A stretch of 64,000 bases of DNA from an uncultured Planctomycetaceae bacterium (GCA_963833985.1 CAWIAD010000002.1:1280001-1344000); one strand, 5' to 3'. Shown: positions 30,848 to 41,822, counted from the first letter of the stretch. Numbers and translations are program-made. The notes: generated from the sequence alone by a model not told the origin.

Positions 30848-31834
30848 ATGAGCACCCTGATTGACCGCACTGAATCCCGATCAACCAATGGCCGCACCGG
30901 TACGGATCACTCCACTCCGGCTGACCGGCTCCGCAACTCGATGGCCGCCTGCCGGGTCCAGTTCACGTGGTTCGGCACCAAGAAGGCCTTGACGGCCGAG
31001 CAGAAGGCCCAGGCGGCCGAGCCGTTCGACGCAGAGGGCCAGTTCCTTTCCTCTGGCAAGAAGCTGCTCGACACGAAGCACAGCGCGTTCCGGGCCGTCA
31101 CGGCGATCCGGACCAAGATCACCGATTACTGGCGTGGTCTGACGATGCCGTTCCCCGAACCCGGCGTCCGGCTGATCAGGCACGATCAGGTCGAGGGGTT
31201 TGACCAGCAGATGGCTGACTTCAAAGTCGAGCTGGATGAAGCCGTCAAAACGCTCGACCGATGCTTCGAGGAGCTGAAGCAGGCGGCTGCTCAGCGACTT
31301 GGTTCCTTGTTCAATCCGGCTGATTACCCGGCAACCCTGGTCGGTCTGTTCGGTGTCTCCTGGGACTACCCGAACATCGAGCCGCCCGACTACCTGATCG
31401 GGCTCTCACCGGACCTTTACCGGCAGGAGCAGGAGCGAGTGAGAACACGCTTCGAGGAAGCGGTTCAGCTCGCAGAGCAGGCCTTTCTCGACGAGTTCGC
31501 CAAGTTGGTCACGCACCTGACCGAACGGATCTCGGGCACCAACGAGGATGGCACGCCGAAGGTCTTCCGCGACTCGGCGGTCGATAACCTCTACGCATTC
31601 TTCGAGCGATTTCGCTCGCTGAATGTCCGCAGCAACCAGCAGCTGGACGACCTGGTCACGCAAGCGCAGCGAGCCGTGCGCGGTGTCGCGGCACAGGATC
31701 TCCGGGACAGCCAGTCGATTCGCCAGGAGGTCACCACGCAGCTGGCACAGGTCCGGACCACGCTGGACGCGATGCTGATCGAGCGGCCCCGGCGAAGGAT
31801 CCTGCGCAATGCAGCCGCAGGTGGGGAGGGCTGA
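30848..31834 (+). CDS. Helical protein, DUF3150-like
   Basis: GGAGG RBS; SGKKLLD..TMPFPEPGVRLI..YP..LRDSQSIRQEV. The family assignment is tentative. Confidence 0.65.
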   Translation: MSTLIDRTESRSTNGRTGTDHSTPADRLRNSMAACRVQFTWFGTKKALTAEQKAQAAEPFDAEGQFLSSGKKLLDTKHSAFRAVTAIRTKITDYWRGLTMPFPEPGVRLIRHDQVEGFDQQMADFKVELDEAVKTLDRCFEELKQAAAQRLGSLFNPADYPATLVGLFGVSWDYPNIEPPDYLIGLSPDLYRQEQERVRTRFEEAVQLAEQAFLDEFAKLVTHLTERISGTNEDGTPKVFRDSAVDNLYAFFERFRSLNVRSNQQLDDLVTQAQRAVRGVAAQDLRDSQSIRQEVTTQLAQVRTTLDAMLIERPRRRILRNAAAGGEG

Positions 31835-32079
31835 TGGACCTGGTTGTTCTTCCCGATGGAACCATCCGAGCTGTTTACGCCGAGGAGATCGACCTGGGTG
31901 TTCTTGGTCGGGCCATGATCATGCGGGCCAGTCATGTCGAGCCCGATGAGCAGGGTCGCTGGATCGCGGATCTGACGCCGGTGGCCGGTCCGGTCCTCGG
32001 TCCGTTCCGCCAGCGCAGCCAGGCTCTCGCAGCCGAACGGGCATGGCTGGAGGCCAACTGGCTTGCCGGGCCTGCCTGA
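31834..32079 (+). CDS. Small hypothetical protein
   Basis: TGATG overlap; RASHVEPD..WIADL..GPVLGPF. Confidence 0.75.
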   Translation: MDLVVLPDGTIRAVYAEEIDLGVLGRAMIMRASHVEPDEQGRWIADLTPVAGPVLGPFRQRSQALAAERAWLEANWLAGPA

Positions 32080-32229
32080 GCCTTTTCTCTCACCCTTCCA
32101 TCACCAACCGATTTTCAGCCCGTGAATCCAACCCGGCTCATCTCCTGCGCTGCCCGCTCGCGGTGCGCGCACCGGCCGGGAGTGAGCCGCGCCGGGATGG
32201 GCCTTTTCCTCTCACAAGGACACAGAAAC

Positions 32230-33671
32230 GTGATCACAATCACCCGTCATGCGGCGAGACGGCTCCGCGCCGTCTTTCGCCGTTCCGTCCTGGGCATCAG
32301 CCACAAGGGCCTGATCCCGCCGCTGGTGCTGGAGGCCGAGGGCCAGCACCTGCGAGCGCAGTTTCGCTACCACGAGCTGGCGGTCGCGTACGTCGCACCA
32401 GCCAGAATGCGGCAACTTGATTCCATTCCCGTTCCGCTGGAAGCTCTTGCGGACGTCGAGGGACGCGACGAGAGCGCGGTCGTTATCGAATCTGTGGAGC
32501 CGGACAGGATCAGCGTGCGCTGGCAAGATCGCGGGATACCTCAGACCCGCGAGTACCCGGTCGCGCCTTTCGGCAAGCTCGCGCCGTTTCCTGAGACCCC
32601 GACGGCATGGACGAGCATCCCTGCCGATGTGCTGACGGCCCTGGCCGAAGCCTCGGCAACCTGCACCGGTGAGAGCACCGGTATGCTCTGGATTGCATCC
32701 AGCTGCGGGGCAACGTGCACCAGATCGTCGCCACCGACGGCAGCCAGCTCCTCGTCTGGTCGGGCTTCGGCCTGCCATGGGATGGCGATCTGCTGATCCG
32801 TGGTTCCACGATCTTCGCCTGCAAGGCTCTTGCCCGCGACCAGGCAATCCAGATCAGCAAGACGGACACCCACGTCGTCCTGCGGATCGGACCCTGGACC
32901 ACCTATGACGAGATCCAGACGGGCGGCCGCTTTCCACGTGTCGAGGATGCCATTCCAGACATCCAGGCTGAGACCACGCGGATCCGGCTTGATCCCGACG
33001 ACGCCCGGTTCCTCGAAACCGCCCTCGCTCGGCTGCCCGGCTGTGAGGAGCTGAACAGTCCGGCGACGATTGACCTGAACGGCAAGGTGGCGATCAGGGC
33101 CAGGGGTGACGGCCAGCCACAGGTCACCGAGCTGGTGCTTGACCGCTCCAGTTACTCCGGGCCACCGATCCGGATGAGCAGCAATCGCGAATTTCTGAAC
33201 CGGGCGATCCAGCTCGGCTTCAGCGAGATCGGCATCTCCGGTCTCGAGACCCCGGTCGTCTGCCGGAAGGACCATCAGATCTACGCGTGGCAGCCGCTCA
33301 GCAGCGATGCGGCCATCGAGCTTACTGACAACGTGATCCGCATCGCAGCTTCGGCTGCCACCTGCACGGCCAGCCAGGACCTTACCAGACCAGAGACCCC
33401 GAGGAGCACCATGAGCGACCAAGCCAGAATCAATGCCCAGCAGCCAGTTACGCAGGCCAGTGACAACGGCCACGCAGCCAGCGACGGTAACGGATCGAGC
33501 CTGGCCACGCTGATCCAGGATGCCGAGGCGCTGCACACGACGCTTGCCGAGGCCAAAACGACGCTGAGCCACCTGATCACCGGCCTGCGCCGGCATCGCA
33601 AGCAATCACGTCTCCTGCACGAGACTTTGCGGTCCATCCGGCAACTCCGGCTGACCGAAACCGCCGAGTGA
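32230..33671 (+). CDS. DNA polymerase III beta-clamp-like protein with coiled-coil tail (frameshift ~32679)
   Basis: Joined frames give ST-RYALDCIQL..IVATDGSQL..GRFPRVEDAIP..SNREFL..YAWQPL, paralleling DnaN motifs. Confidence 0.65.
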
Positions 33672-33729
33672 TCGACTGGACCTGTCCCGGCTACCACCAG
33701 CATCCACACCTCTGAAGGAGAAAAGCATC

Positions 33730-34227
33730 ATGCCCATGAAGCTGAACGTCGGCGTTTCGCGTAAGCTCAGCCTGCCGGATTACGGCTCGGTCGGTGCGAG
33801 CTGCAACCTGGAGCTCGAGCTCGAAAGTTCGCTGCTGGAGCGCGACCTCGAGGCGTTTCATGCCCAGATTCGGGGGGCCTACGTTGCCGCGCACCAGTCC
33901 GTCCACGACGAGCTGGCACGGCTTCAGTCGCTCTCCAGCAACAAGACCGAGGCGCCTTCCTGGACATCGGGGCGCAAAGCTCCCACAAATGGCCACCTGG
34001 AAGAAAGTCGTAACGGCCAGTCCAGGCGGTTCCAGGAAGCACGGGAACGTGGCCGCAAGCCCGCCACGCCGAATCAGGTCAAGGCGATCCGGGCGATCGC
34101 GCGTAGCCAGGATGCCGACCTGGAAGGATTGCTGCGTCACAAGTTCGATGCCCCGCGACTGGAAGATCTCACCGTCAAGCAGGCCAGCGATCTGATCGAC
34201 CTGCTCAGGAACTCCGCAAGGAGCTGA
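33730..34227 (+). CDS. Hypothetical protein
   Basis: AAGGAG RBS; KLNVGVSRKLSLPDYGSVGASC; C-terminal ATPNQVKAI..LTVKQASDLID. Confidence 0.75.
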   Translation: MPMKLNVGVSRKLSLPDYGSVGASCNLELELESSLLERDLEAFHAQIRGAYVAAHQSVHDELARLQSLSSNKTEAPSWTSGRKAPTNGHLEESRNGQSRRFQEARERGRKPATPNQVKAIRAIARSQDADLEGLLRHKFDAPRLEDLTVKQASDLIDLLRNSARS

Positions 34228-34228
34228 T

Positions 34229-34276
34229 CGAGCCAGCCTGAGAGACCACGACGAGCTGGTCTGCTCAGGCGGCTCG
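34229..34276. terminator. Long imperfect hairpin closing the gene train
   Basis: CGAGCC-AGCCTGAG-AGACCA ... TGGTCT-GCTCAGGC-GGCTCG. Confidence 0.5.
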
Positions 34277-34399
34277 GTCATCCCATACCCGCGGTCGAGT
34301 CGGCTGCGGGCACCTTTCGCGAAAGCTCGGCTCCACCTTCCGGGGCAGGCAGTCCGGGCCTTTCATTGGTTCCGGTCCTTATCAAATGGAGGCACAACC

Positions 34400-34558
34400 A
34401 TCGACTACGAAATCTACTCGAAGTTCTTGAAGATCTGCTGTCTGATATTGCTCAGCGGGTTCATTCTGATGCTCTTGGGAGATGGTTGGAAACCGCTGAT
34501 CTCCAGCGTACTGATTGTACTCGTGCTGGCAGCCTGGTTTGGTCGGATGAGGTGGTGA
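34400..34558 (+). CDS. Candidate 52-aa two-TM membrane protein (ATC start)
   Basis: GGAGG 7 nt before ATC; (M)DYEIYSKFLKICCLILLSGFILMLLGDGWKPLISSVLIVLVLAAWFGRMRW*. Absent from the ORF track. Confidence 0.45.
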   Translation: MDYEIYSKFLKICCLILLSGFILMLLGDGWKPLISSVLIVLVLAAWFGRMRW

Positions 34559-35004
34559 GCAGTGTGAATCCTCAGATCATCACCGATCAGGGACAGTCAG
34601 AACGCGTGGATATCACTGCTGCGAGTTGGTGAAACTCTCGAATCCAGTGATCCCTTGAATCGCGCGAGGAGTGACCCGCGCTCGATAGTGTCAGGCCCTC
34701 GGGACCGGCACCCTCGGCGCAGGATTGCGTGAAGCACCTGCCGCGATACTGAAACATATTGATTTTTTTTAGCCGCTAGAATCCTGGAGTGAAGGACTTA
34801 TAACCAATTAGGCCGGGAGGTTCCGTCATGGCACAAGGCGCGACCAGCCACTGTGTGCAATCGTGGCAACGCTCCTCAGGAAGTCACACGTCGATTGACC
34901 CTGGTCGTATGAACGCCAGTCCGGCCGTAGTTGTGGAGCTTGCACTGAATCTCCTCTGCAAGGATCGAGAGAAGCCGATGTGATCGCGACGCAGAATAAA
35001 CTCC

Positions 35005-35850
35005 TCATCCCGAGATCGTGTGGACCTCGACAGTCTGCTCGCGTAGCTTTCCCGTTCCCCACAAGGTCGTCATGGCCACGTCGGCAGCGTCTCGACCGAC
35101 CGCGATTGGGATCAGCGCGGGTCGGATCGCCTCGAGAGTCGCATCGACGTTGTGCCATGCCCCGCTCAGGTAGACCTGTGCAACGCTATGAAAATCGGGC
35201 GGCTCTAGCCCTGGCGCATAGCACGAGGCATAGCGGGCTGGGATGCCAAGCGCCCGGCAGAAGGCAATGACCAGATGCGCGAAGTCGCGGCAGACGCCAA
35301 CCCGCTCCGTCGCTGTATCAAACGCCGATGTCTTGGCATCAGTCGTCCCGTAGTGGTATTCGACATGATTGCGAACCCAGTCAGCAATTGTCCGGACTCG
35401 ACTGCCACCGGACGGGAGTTGACCGAACTCGCCGCGCGCCATCCGGGCAAGGAGGTCGGACTGACAGTAGCGGGACGGCAAGGTGAAGACCAGCAACTCG
35501 GCGGGGATCTCACGAAGGGGTTGTTCGACGGCATCATCGCTGAGGGCAGAGTTAGGAGCAGTCTCGATCGTTGCATTAAACTCAAACGAAAACGATCCCT
35601 TGGGGGCAATGATCCGGCGCTGGGGGTTATCGTAAACGTCCTTCACGAGTTCGTGGAATGGCGTTGGCGTTGTTGTCAGTCGCTCCTGTTCGACTCGGTG
35701 GGAAAGCCCCACGAGCGGTGGCTCAACCATCAGCAAGAGGAACGTCTGTTCGGGCAACTCGTAGGCAGCGCTGGCCCGGACGGAAATCAGCAAGGGTGTT
35801 GTCCTCTTCGGGAGTATTGCACAACGCCGGGATTCACTCTCGCGGGTCAA
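35005..35850 (-). CDS. Transglutaminase-like family protein
   Basis: LPSRYCQSD, GVCRDFAH, GIPARY, DFHS, WHNVDAT, AVGRDAADV. Start uncertain. Confidence 0.92.
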   Translation of the reverse strand: MTRESESRRCAILPKRTTPLLISVRASAAYELPEQTFLLLMVEPPLVGLSHRVEQERLTTTPTPFHELVKDVYDNPQRRIIAPKGSFSFEFNATIETAPNSALSDDAVEQPLREIPAELLVFTLPSRYCQSDLLARMARGEFGQLPSGGSRVRTIADWVRNHVEYHYGTTDAKTSAFDTATERVGVCRDFAHLVIAFCRALGIPARYASCYAPGLEPPDFHSVAQVYLSGAWHNVDATLEAIRPALIPIAVGRDAADVAMTTLWGTGKLREQTVEVHTISG

Positions 35851-36049
35851 GCTCGATAGGTCTTTTGACGTGGTGCAGGTGCTATACCAGTATTAGGGGC
35901 GGAACGAGAGTCAGACCTTGTTGTTCGTTACAGAAAGCAATTGTCATGCTAACGGTTATTGATTATTTTGGCTATAGAAATCTAGGTGAAGATTTCTACA
36001 ATGATCTTGAGAGATGGCCAGGATCCAGTTATTGGGAACGGAGTGGAAA

Positions 36050-36793
36050 ATGACGTATTGCTTGGGCATCTTCATGCGCGAGGGGCTTGTGATGGCCTCT
36101 GACTCTCGATCGAACGCCAGTCTCGACGAGGTCAACGTCTGCCAGAAGATGCACACGATCGTCGATCCGGGGGAGCGCGTCTTCATTCTCCTTACCAGCG
36201 GCAACCTCTCTTGTTCGCAGTCGATCCTCACGCTGTTGCGCCGCGACTTTGCGCAGGGCAAGGGCCTTGCCTCTGCCTCGTCCATGTACGACGCCGTCCG
36301 GGTCGTGGGCGAGCAGGTGCGGACGGTCGCAGACATGGACCAGCCGGACTTGAATAAACACAATTTCCGGTTCAACGTCCACCTGCTCGTGGGTGGGCAG
36401 ATACGCGGGCAAGCGCACGACCTCTATCTCATCTACCCGCAAGGCAACCCCCTGCGCGCGACGGAGGACGCCCCGTTTCTCCAGATCGGCGAGTCCAAGT
36501 ATGGCCGCCCCATCCTCGAACGTGGAGTCCGTTACGCGACCACGTCTCTGGAGGACGCTGCGCGGTATGCCCTGATTTCACTTGATTCGACGATGCGATC
36601 GAACGTTGCGGTCGGCCCGCCACTCGACCTCTTGGTCTACGCCCGCGACGAATTGCGGATCACCCACCAGCGGCGGTTCAACGCCCATGATCCGGATCTC
36701 CTGGCGATCCAGACCCGGTGGGAGCAGTCGCTGCGAAAGGCCGTCCAGGAGCTGCCACGAGTCCGCTTCGAAGAGCCCGGTATGAGATCTTGA
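36050..36793 (+). CDS. Proteasome-type protease (Anbu-like Ntn hydrolase)
   Basis: MTYC..ASDSRSNA (Thr1 nucleophile), IYPQGN, QIGESKYGRPIL, DSTMRSNVAVGPP. Confidence 0.92.
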   Translation: MTYCLGIFMREGLVMASDSRSNASLDEVNVCQKMHTIVDPGERVFILLTSGNLSCSQSILTLLRRDFAQGKGLASASSMYDAVRVVGEQVRTVADMDQPDLNKHNFRFNVHLLVGGQIRGQAHDLYLIYPQGNPLRATEDAPFLQIGESKYGRPILERGVRYATTSLEDAARYALISLDSTMRSNVAVGPPLDLLVYARDELRITHQRRFNAHDPDLLAIQTRWEQSLRKAVQELPRVRFEEPGMRS

Positions 36794-36915
36794 TCTCGCC
36801 GTCCGCAGGCCGGATCGACTTCGAGAAGAAGGGTCCTCAGGCAGTCGATCACACGGTCGGCACAAGCACTCTCGGCCGCGAGCAACTCGCCACCCGGGCA
36901 GCCGTCGCGGAAGAG

Positions 36916-38439
36916 TTACCAGCCTGGGCGCTCAACTCGGACCTTGGAGGTGAGCCGTACTTCATGATCGCCATGGTCCCGCTCGATCAGGTCCGGGGTA
37001 ACCGAGGTGATCGCTGGCCCTGTCTGTACGGCGGCTCCTTCGGTGAGGATTGACAGGTCGCCGAGGATCACCTGTTCCGAGCCGTCGATCGATGTCCAGG
37101 ATTCCGTGCCGGCGTGCCCCGTCCGGGAGGCCGGTGCGCGATGGTTTGTGACTTCGATCCATTTACCGTCACTGACGCCCGTCTCGATTTCGGTTCGCAC
37201 CGCCTTGCCGTTGTCGTACCTCCAGTAGGACGCCTGGCCGCCGCGATAGGCGAGGGCGGCCAGCGGCAGAGCACGTACTCCGGGGCGCTCGACGATCACT
37301 TCGGCGTAGGCGTACATCCCCGGTAGGATCTGACTGCGGGGGTTTGGCAGGTCAATCTCGGCACGGAGCGTGCGGCTCTTGACGTTCAACGCCCAGGACG
37401 TGCGAGTGACGGTGCCGGGAATCGCCTCGTCGCGGTAATCCTTGGCCAGCACGGTCGCCTTCGTCCCGACATGGACGTAGTTGGCGTCCTCCGCGGGAAT
37501 GTCGACGAAGATTCGGACCTTGTCCATGCGGTCGACAACGTAGATTGGCGCGGCGGTTCCGCCGGGTGACTGGTAAGGGGACCGCGACATCGCCGTCGGG
37601 TCGCCTGTGGATGGCTGGACAAAGTCAAAAGTGTTGGCGTTGCGGGCCACGATCACGCCGTCGAAGGGCGCGGTCAGCGTGAGATAGCCTACCCATGCCT
37701 CCAGCCGCCTCGCCTCGCTCGTGGCGACGATCAAGTCGGCGCGGGCGACCGAGACGTCAACCGTCGCCTTCGCGAGCGTTGCCTCCTTGGAGAGCAGCTC
37801 CGCCTCCGCCTTCATGATGGTCGCCTTCGCCGCGTTCCGCGACGCGAGGCCCGACTTCCACTCGTTGGTCGACTCGAGGAGAATCTGGCGGTCGACCACG
37901 CCCCGTTCGACCTCGATCGTCAGGCGCTTGATCTCGGTGTCCCAGCGGTCGACCTCGGCCTGGTACTTGCCCAGGATCGCCCTGGCCTCGGCGAGGCTCG
38001 CTTCGGCCGCCTTGACGTCGGCCTCGGCCACCTTCACCAGCTTCAGGGCCAGCTCGATTCGTTCCTTATCTAGCTCCACGGTCGCCTTCTTCGTCCCGAA
38101 ATCCTCAACCGTCTCGGGTACGAAGAGCGTGGCGAGTATTTCCCCCTTCTTCACCTTGTCGCCGATGTCCACGATCCACTTCTCAATAAAGCCCGTCACC
38201 TTTGGGTAAATCGAGGTGCGCTCGTAACTTTCGATGAAGCTCGGCTGACCGACGACCCGGACGATGTTCCGCACCGATGGGTGGATCAACCGTACGGTCG
38301 GGGGCTCCGAGGCGCTCGCGTAGTCGGTCTCGGGCTCGTTGTGGCAACCGGGCGCGACGAGGACGGCCAAGAGCCAGAACACGAACCAGCGGCAGCCCGG
38401 GGAACGTTCCGGAACAGAGGGACTGAGAGTACGACGCAT
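36916..38439 (-). CDS. RND efflux periplasmic adaptor (lipoprotein)
   Basis: APGC lipobox, VDIGDKVKKG, APFDGVI, SRTLRAEID, LPGMY. Confidence 0.9.
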   Translation of the reverse strand: MRRTLSPSVPERSPGCRWFVFWLLAVLVAPGCHNEPETDYASASEPPTVRLIHPSVRNIVRVVGQPSFIESYERTSIYPKVTGFIEKWIVDIGDKVKKGEILATLFVPETVEDFGTKKATVELDKERIELALKLVKVAEADVKAAEASLAEARAILGKYQAEVDRWDTEIKRLTIEVERGVVDRQILLESTNEWKSGLASRNAAKATIMKAEAELLSKEATLAKATVDVSVARADLIVATSEARRLEAWVGYLTLTAPFDGVIVARNANTFDFVQPSTGDPTAMSRSPYQSPGGTAAPIYVVDRMDKVRIFVDIPAEDANYVHVGTKATVLAKDYRDEAIPGTVTRTSWALNVKSRTLRAEIDLPNPRSQILPGMYAYAEVIVERPGVRALPLAALAYRGGQASYWRYDNGKAVRTEIETGVSDGKWIEVTNHRAPASRTGHAGTESWTSIDGSEQVILGDLSILTEGAAVQTGPAITSVTPDLIERDHGDHEVRLTSKVRVERPGW

Positions 38440-41400
38440 CAGGGACCTCCAGGCAAGGGGGCTTTCGGGGAGGCGGCGTGTCCGGGCCCCGCGTAAACGC
38501 CGTCCGGGGTGTGGATGGGACAGTTGAGTTGCGGTTGAGATGGGACAGGCGGGCCCAGTTGGGGAAGGGCCCTTTCGTCGGACTTCTCCTCGCTGGCGAA
38601 GGCCTTCGGGTCGAAATGCGAGCTCTCGGGGTCATCCGGGCATATCGATGGCGAGTGCGCCGCCTTCCGACCGATCACGACCGCGAAGATCGAGGGGACC
38701 ACCAGCAGTGTGGCCACCGTCGACATCACCAGCCCGCCGATCACCGCGCGGCCGAGCGGGGCCTGCATCCCGCTGCCTCGTTCGAGTGCAAGTGCCATGG
38801 GCACCATGCCGATGGTCATCGCGCAGGCAGTCATGAGGATCGCCCGCAGACGGTCCCGCGCCGGCGATCGCTGCCTCCGTCGAGGGCTTGCCCGCCTTCC
38901 AGTGGTCGTTCATGAACGCGACGAGCAGCACCGAGTTCGACACGGAGACGCCAAGGCTCATGATCGAGCCCATGAACGACTCGATGTTCAGCGAGGTGTT
39001 GGTGAAATAGAGGATGATCGCGATGCCCGCGAGCACTCCCGGCACGGCGCCGATCGAGATCAGTCCCAGGCTCGGCGACTGGAAAAAGGCCGTCAGGAGC
39101 AAGAGGATCACGAATACTGCGACGGCCAGTCCAATGCCGAGCGTCTTGAACATCTCATTCATCGGCGGAACCTGGCCGATGAGCTCCACCCGGACGCCTT
39201 CGGGCGGCTTCCCGGCCGCTGTGATCGCCCGGGCAACCTGGCGCGCGGCCCGGCCCATGTCTTCACCTTCCACGTTCGCGGTCAGGGTCAGATAGCGCTG
39301 CGACATGTCGCGGTCGTACTGGCCAGGCCGCACACCCCGGCGGACCGTCGCCACGTCGCGGACCATCAGGTTGACCAGGGGGTTCACCGTCGCGATCGGC
39401 AAGCTCCCGATGTCTTCGGCCTTGACCATCCTGGTTGGCGGTATCTGTACTTGGACCAGGTAGTCGAAGCCGGTGCTGCCATCGATCCAGTAATTAAGGT
39501 CGGTGAAACGGGTCGACGCCGTCGCCATGATGAGCGCCTTGCGCACATCCTGGACCGTGGCGTCGCTAAGGCCCGCCTTCTCGCGGTCGATATCGACCTC
39601 GATGGAGGGGTAGTCGAGCGTCTGCTCGAACTGGACATCGCGGAGGAAGCGGATGCGCTTCATCGTGCCGGCAATCTTCTCGGCATGCATCCGGACATCG
39701 TCCAGGTCGGTACCGATGAGCTGGACCGCGATCGGCGTCGGCGAGCCGAAGCTCATGACCCTGGTCACCATGTCGCCCGGCTCGAAGCCAAAGCTCGACA
39801 GCTTGGCTTGCTGCTCCGCCTCCTCGTGGGACAGTCCGCCCTGTTCCAGCCGTTTCACCATCCAGGGGATGACCCGCTCGGGAAGGACCTTGCGGAGCCG
39901 CTCGCGAAACGCGTCGAGCTTGATGCCGCTGTCGTCGCGGAGGGCGACCCGCAACTGGCCGTCATCCGGCCCCCGCATGAAGAGAATCATGTTATCGATG
40001 CCGAAGTTCGGGGCGACCTGGCCGACGAAGCCCATCGTGATCTTGATGTTCTTGGTCTTCGCCTCGCTCTTGATCTCGTCGAGGCACTTCACCGCCATCT
40101 GCCGCGTCAGGTCGAAGTTCGAGCCGGGCGGAGGCCGGAACCGGAGCACGAACTCGCCCGAATCCACTTGTGGGAACAGCTCGGTGCCGACCCGCATCCC
40201 CACCACCCAGAGGATCAGGCCACATACCGCGAGATAGCCCGGCACCACCCACCAGCGCAGGCGCACCAACCATTCCACGGCGTGAGCATACGACTCGAGC
40301 AACCGGTCGAACAGCCCGCGCTTCTTTCTGTCATGCATCTTTTGCTTGAGCATGTATACGCACAATATGGGCAAGCACATGATCGATAACAGATACGACG
40401 AGATCATGGCGAAGCCGACGGCCAGGGTCAGCGGCATGAAGAGAGCCCGGAGCGGGTCTTGCATGATGAACGCAGGCACGAATACACACAGGATACACAG
40501 TAGTGCCAGCAGGATCGGCACGGCTGTAGCGTAGCTTGCACGCAGTACTGCCGTGGCGATCTTTGGCTCTTGATCCATCTGTACGTGCACGTTCTCGATC
40601 GTCACTGTCGACATATCGACGAGGATCCCCATCGACAGCGCCATACCGCCCAGCGACATGATGTTGATCGTATTGCCCGTCAGCCAGAGCCCGACCAACG
40701 ATCCGAGCAGGGCGAGCGGGATGATGACCACGACGACGACCACGCTCCTCAGGTCGCGGAGGAACAGGAAGATCATCAGTCCGGTCAGGCCGGCCCCGAT
40801 AAGACCCTCGGTGGCCACGCTCTCGACAGCCGCCAGCACGGTGGGCGACTCGTCGAACTCGAAGCTGATCTTGACGTTGTCCCTGTATTCCTTGGGGATG
40901 ACACTGCTGAAGAGCTTCATCGACTTGCGGGTGTCGGCCACGACGGACAACGTCGACCCTGTTGCCGTCTTGATGACCGGCAGATAGACCGCCTTCTTGC
41001 CGTTGACCAGCGCGAAGCCGTAAGTGATGTCGGTATCATCCTGGATGGTTGCCACATCGCGGAGGTAGACGTTCCGCCCCAGTTTAAGGGGGATCGTACC
41101 CAGGCGCTGGATGTCGACCACCGTCGCGTTGTTGGCGACGATCGGCATCGAGTCCTGGATGTAGACGTTGCCCGCCGGGACGATGGTATTCCCCTTCGCC
41201 AGGGCGTCGACAACATTCTCCGGGGTCAGATTGTTTTCGCGGAGCTTATGGGGATCGACGCGGATGATGATCGACCGCATGTTCGGGCCGAAGGGGGAGA
41301 CAGCGACCGTGCCGGGAACGTTCTTCTGAACCTGCGGCCGGATGAGGTTCTGCGCCAGTCTCCCAGTTGCCCGAGCGAGGCATCCTTGCTCTCCAGCACG

Positions 41401-41822
41401 AGGTAGCCGACCGGGACGCTGCCCGCGTCCATCCGCATGATCATCGGCGGCATTGTCCCCTTGGGCATCCACGACATGGCGCGGTCGGACATTGCCACGA
41501 CTTGGGCCATCGCCTGGCCCATGTCAGTGCCGGGGTAGAACGAGAGCTCGCACAGGGAGACCTGCTGGATATTCCGCGAATTGATGTCCTTGATCCCATC
41601 GACATACTGAAAATAAAGCTCGATCCCGTTGACGATGAACCCCTCCATCTGACCGGGGCTCATGCCAACGTAATCGAGGAACACGTAGATCTTCGGTACG
41701 TTCAGCGAGGGGAAGATGTCCACCCGCATTCTGTCGTAGGCCAGCTCGCCCCCGCTGATCAGGGCCACGACCAGCGTCAGGGTAGTGATCGGGTGCCGCA
41801 TGGCGAAGACGGTCGGGTTCAT
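38439..41822 (-). CDS. RND efflux permease, AcrB/CusA family (frameshifts ~41358 and ~38855)
   Basis: VDIFP, TINIMSLGG..GILVD, ELFPQVDSG, GVSVSNSVLL, MTACAMTIGMVPMAL..PLGRAVIGGL across three ORFs. Confidence 0.9.

Noticed and set aside
22700..34600. Prophage call for the gene train
   Set aside because: No capsid, terminase, portal, tail or lysis genes recognisable.
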